Assembly: GCA_902602845.1 (NCBI GenBank)
Contig: CACKSN010000003.1
Span: forward strand, 9,243-73,242
Length of the DNA: 64,000 nt
Reading direction: 5' to 3'
DNA from: an uncultured Alphaproteobacteria bacterium
GTDB lineage: Bacteria; Pseudomonadota; Alphaproteobacteria; HIMB59; GCA-002718135
A model generated the notes under the pieces. The model saw nothing but the letters and a program-made list of their open reading frames with translations, ran no database searches and had not been told where the DNA came from. Shown in pieces: positions 61,989 to 64,000 of the stretch. The translations under genes and the position numbers were made by a program. Every line of letters begins with the position of its first letter. Within the stretch, counting starts at the first letter, position 1.

Positions 61989-63708
61989 CTTTGGCTAAAA
62001 TTCTTCTCTGGATAAACCATTGTTGGGCAATGGAAAGTATATTGTTAACTGACCAATATAAAACTAGTCCTGCTGCAAATCCTGCTAGAACAAAAGTAAA
62101 TACAAAAGGTAAAATAGCAAAAATCCTTGCTTGTGTTGGATCAGCTGGTGCGGGGTTAAGTTTTTGTTGAAGCCACATTGTAAAACCCATAAATATAGGA
62201 AGAATTCCTATATCAATGATAGATAATATCGGTGGAACATTCCAAGGAATTATTCCAAAAAGTGTCATTAAACCTAGAGGATCTGGTGCTGATAAATCAT
62301 GTATCCAACCATAAAATGGAGCATGGTACATTTCAATTGTTACAAATAAAACTTTATATAATGAAAAAAATATTGGTATTTGAACAAGTATTGGAAGACA
62401 CCCAGCAACTGGATTTGCTCCCTCTCTTTTATATAAGGCCATTAATTCTTGTTGCATTTTTTGTCTATCGTTTGGATAGGTCTCTTTCAGTCTTTGCATA
62501 TCAGGCTGTAATTTTTTCATTTTTGCCATTGATTTAAAAGAAGCCTGAGCAAGTGGGAAAAGAATTAATCTCATCAAAATTGTAAAAGCAATAATTGCCA
62601 AACCAAAGTTACCAGCATATCCGAAGAACCAATTAATTGCATATGACACAGGCTTAGTTAAAAAACTAAACCAACCCCAATCTATTGCATCTGTAAATCT
62701 AGTAATTGATAATTTTTCATCGTAATTACTTAAAATATCTAGTTTTTTTGCGCCTACAAATAATTTACCACTATAAGCTAAATTATTTTTTGGTTTAATT
62801 TCAAATATTTGACCAACATAACCAGCTCTATAATTATCTCTTCCATTATTACTATGTCTATAATTTACATTAATTGATTGTTCTGAATCAGGTATTAAAG
62901 CAGACATCCAATATTTATCAGTAAATCCTAACCAACCCCCTTTTGAAGCATTATCACAAAAAGATTTTTTTGTTTGAAGTGAGGATGAACAATCTTCAGC
63001 CATATCATCATAGTTTTTTTCTAAAAGTTCATCATTTAATAGACTGATTAAACCCTCGTGAAGTATAAAAAAATTAATTGTATCTGGTGTATTTATTCTC
63101 TTTATTAAACGGTAGGGAAAAACTTCAACTATTATATTGCTATTGTTAATTATCTCTTGTGTAATTGAAAACATATATTCATCATCAATTGTATAATTAA
63201 GTTTAAAAGTTATATTTTGTTTATTTGTCCAAGTTAAAGAGACTGGATTTGTTGGTGTCAAGTTTAAACTATCACTTTCCCATTCTGTTTCTAAATTTGG
63301 TAGATCAATTGTTGTATCTTTAAGTTCTTTCCAACCTGTTTCAATATAATAAGGATTTGCTGTTCCATCAGGTAATAATAATTGAATATTTTTAGAGTCA
63401 TTAGCAAGACTAGTTTTATATTTTGATAATATCAGATCATCAATTATACCTCCTTTTAAGTTAATAGATCCTTCAACTGATGAATTCTTAAAAGAAACTC
63501 TTTTTGTTGTATTTAATACATCTTCTTTTGATTTAATTTCCTCTGCAAATTGTTTACTCTCTCCATCAATTGAGGTTGCAGGTTCTAATGTTTCTTCTTC
63601 ATTAAGTGGAGGCGGTTCTATTGGCTGAGTAGGTATGAGTATTTGAAAAAAAATAATTATAGCTATCGATATTCCAATTGCCAAATATAAATTTTTTTGT
63701 TCGTTCAT
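61981..63708 (-). CDS. yidC: Membrane protein insertase YidC
   Basis: 575 aa, N-terminal TM, large periplasmic domain, C-terminal 60-kDa insertase core (RLILFPL, PVAGCLPILVQIPIFFSLY). Confidence 0.93.
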   Translation of the reverse strand: MNEQKNLYLAIGISIAIIIFFQILIPTQPIEPPPLNEEETLEPATSIDGESKQFAEEIKSKEDVLNTTKRVSFKNSSVEGSINLKGGIIDDLILSKYKTSLANDSKNIQLLLPDGTANPYYIETGWKELKDTTIDLPNLETEWESDSLNLTPTNPVSLTWTNKQNITFKLNYTIDDEYMFSITQEIINNSNIIVEVFPYRLIKRINTPDTINFFILHEGLISLLNDELLEKNYDDMAEDCSSSLQTKKSFCDNASKGGWLGFTDKYWMSALIPDSEQSINVNYRHSNNGRDNYRAGYVGQIFEIKPKNNLAYSGKLFVGAKKLDILSNYDEKLSITRFTDAIDWGWFSFLTKPVSYAINWFFGYAGNFGLAIIAFTILMRLILFPLAQASFKSMAKMKKLQPDMQRLKETYPNDRQKMQQELMALYKREGANPVAGCLPILVQIPIFFSLYKVLFVTIEMYHAPFYGWIHDLSAPDPLGLMTLFGIIPWNVPPILSIIDIGILPIFMGFTMWLQQKLNPAPADPTQARIFAILPFVFTFVLAGFAAGLVLYWSVNNILSIAQQWFIQRRILAKDG

Positions 63709-63950
63709 TATTTTTCTTCTAGCTTACTAGGGATTGGATCATATCCATGATTTCCCCAAGGATGACAACTTGATATTCTTTTTAAGGATAAAAACGTTCC
63801 TTTGATTATTCCAAATTTTTTCAAACAACCAGCAGTATATTCAGAGCAAGTAGGTTGGTATCTACAATTTTGACCAATAATTGGTGATATAAATAATTGA
63901 TAAATTCTTATAAATAATATTAGTGGAAATATAACAATTCTATTAATCAT
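63708..63950 (-). CDS. yidD: Membrane protein insertion efficiency factor YidD
   Basis: 80 aa, YQLFISP..CRYQPTCSEY, SCHPWGNHGYDPIP. Confidence 0.85.
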   Translation of the reverse strand: MINRIVIFPLILFIRIYQLFISPIIGQNCRYQPTCSEYTAGCLKKFGIIKGTFLSLKRISSCHPWGNHGYDPIPSKLEEK

Positions 63951-64000
63951 TTATTTTTTCTTTAAGCTCAACTAATAAATTGCTAAACTTTTCGTTCAGC
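63943..64000 (-). CDS. rnpA: Probable 3' end of RNase P protein component (rest outside window)
   Basis: Minus-strand frame open from 63999 to the TAA at 63943..63945 (..LNEKFSNLLVELKEKIND*), overlapping the yidD start by 8 nt. The call rests only on rnpA-yidD-yidC synteny. Confidence 0.4.
   Translation of the reverse strand, partial: LNEKFSNLLVELKEKIND

Overview
Very AT-rich (about 30% GC by eye, not computed) and extremely gene-dense alphaproteobacterial chromosome segment. Composition, tiny or absent spacers and alphaproteobacterial synteny blocks fit a streamlined free-living marine genome of the SAR11/Pelagibacterales type; this is an inference, no search was possible. I can support 65 protein genes (two truncated by the window edges), one tRNA-Ser(GGA) and one small SRP (4.5S) RNA. 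Content is almost entirely housekeeping. It covers the methyl cycle (ahcY, metK), tsaE-amgK-murU, trxA, and a 15-gene head-to-tail minus-strand array (folC-accD-trpABF-pyrF-ihfB-rpsA-cmk-aroA-lptBAC-kdsD-exonuclease). It also has gltDB, infC-rpmI-rplT-pheST-lepA, a yejABEF-type peptide ABC importer, kdsB, pheA, ffs-dnaX-ybaB-recR, def-fmt-truA, pepP, and dapED-argB-engB-yidCD-rnpA. I see no rRNA, CRISPR array, transposase, integrase, phage gene, toxin-antitoxin pair or recognisable defence gene, so I cannot honestly point to a clear novel system. The least explained items are listed here. (1) A 659-aa TPR plus SAM-methyltransferase protein butted against the last gene of the yejABEF importer. 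(2) A conspicuous GC-rich hairpin in the infC-rpmI spacer. (3) A DUF1289 / secreted CIA30-domain gene pair. (4) An orphan 72-codon ORF in the only sizeable non-coding stretch. (5) Two small glycosyltransferase modules of accessory-like composition. (6) Two loci where the HprK/PTS(Ntr)/sigma-54 cassettes of other alphaproteobacteria appear to be cleanly missing. All product calls come from motifs read in the supplied translations plus remembered family knowledge and synteny; none was verified by database search.
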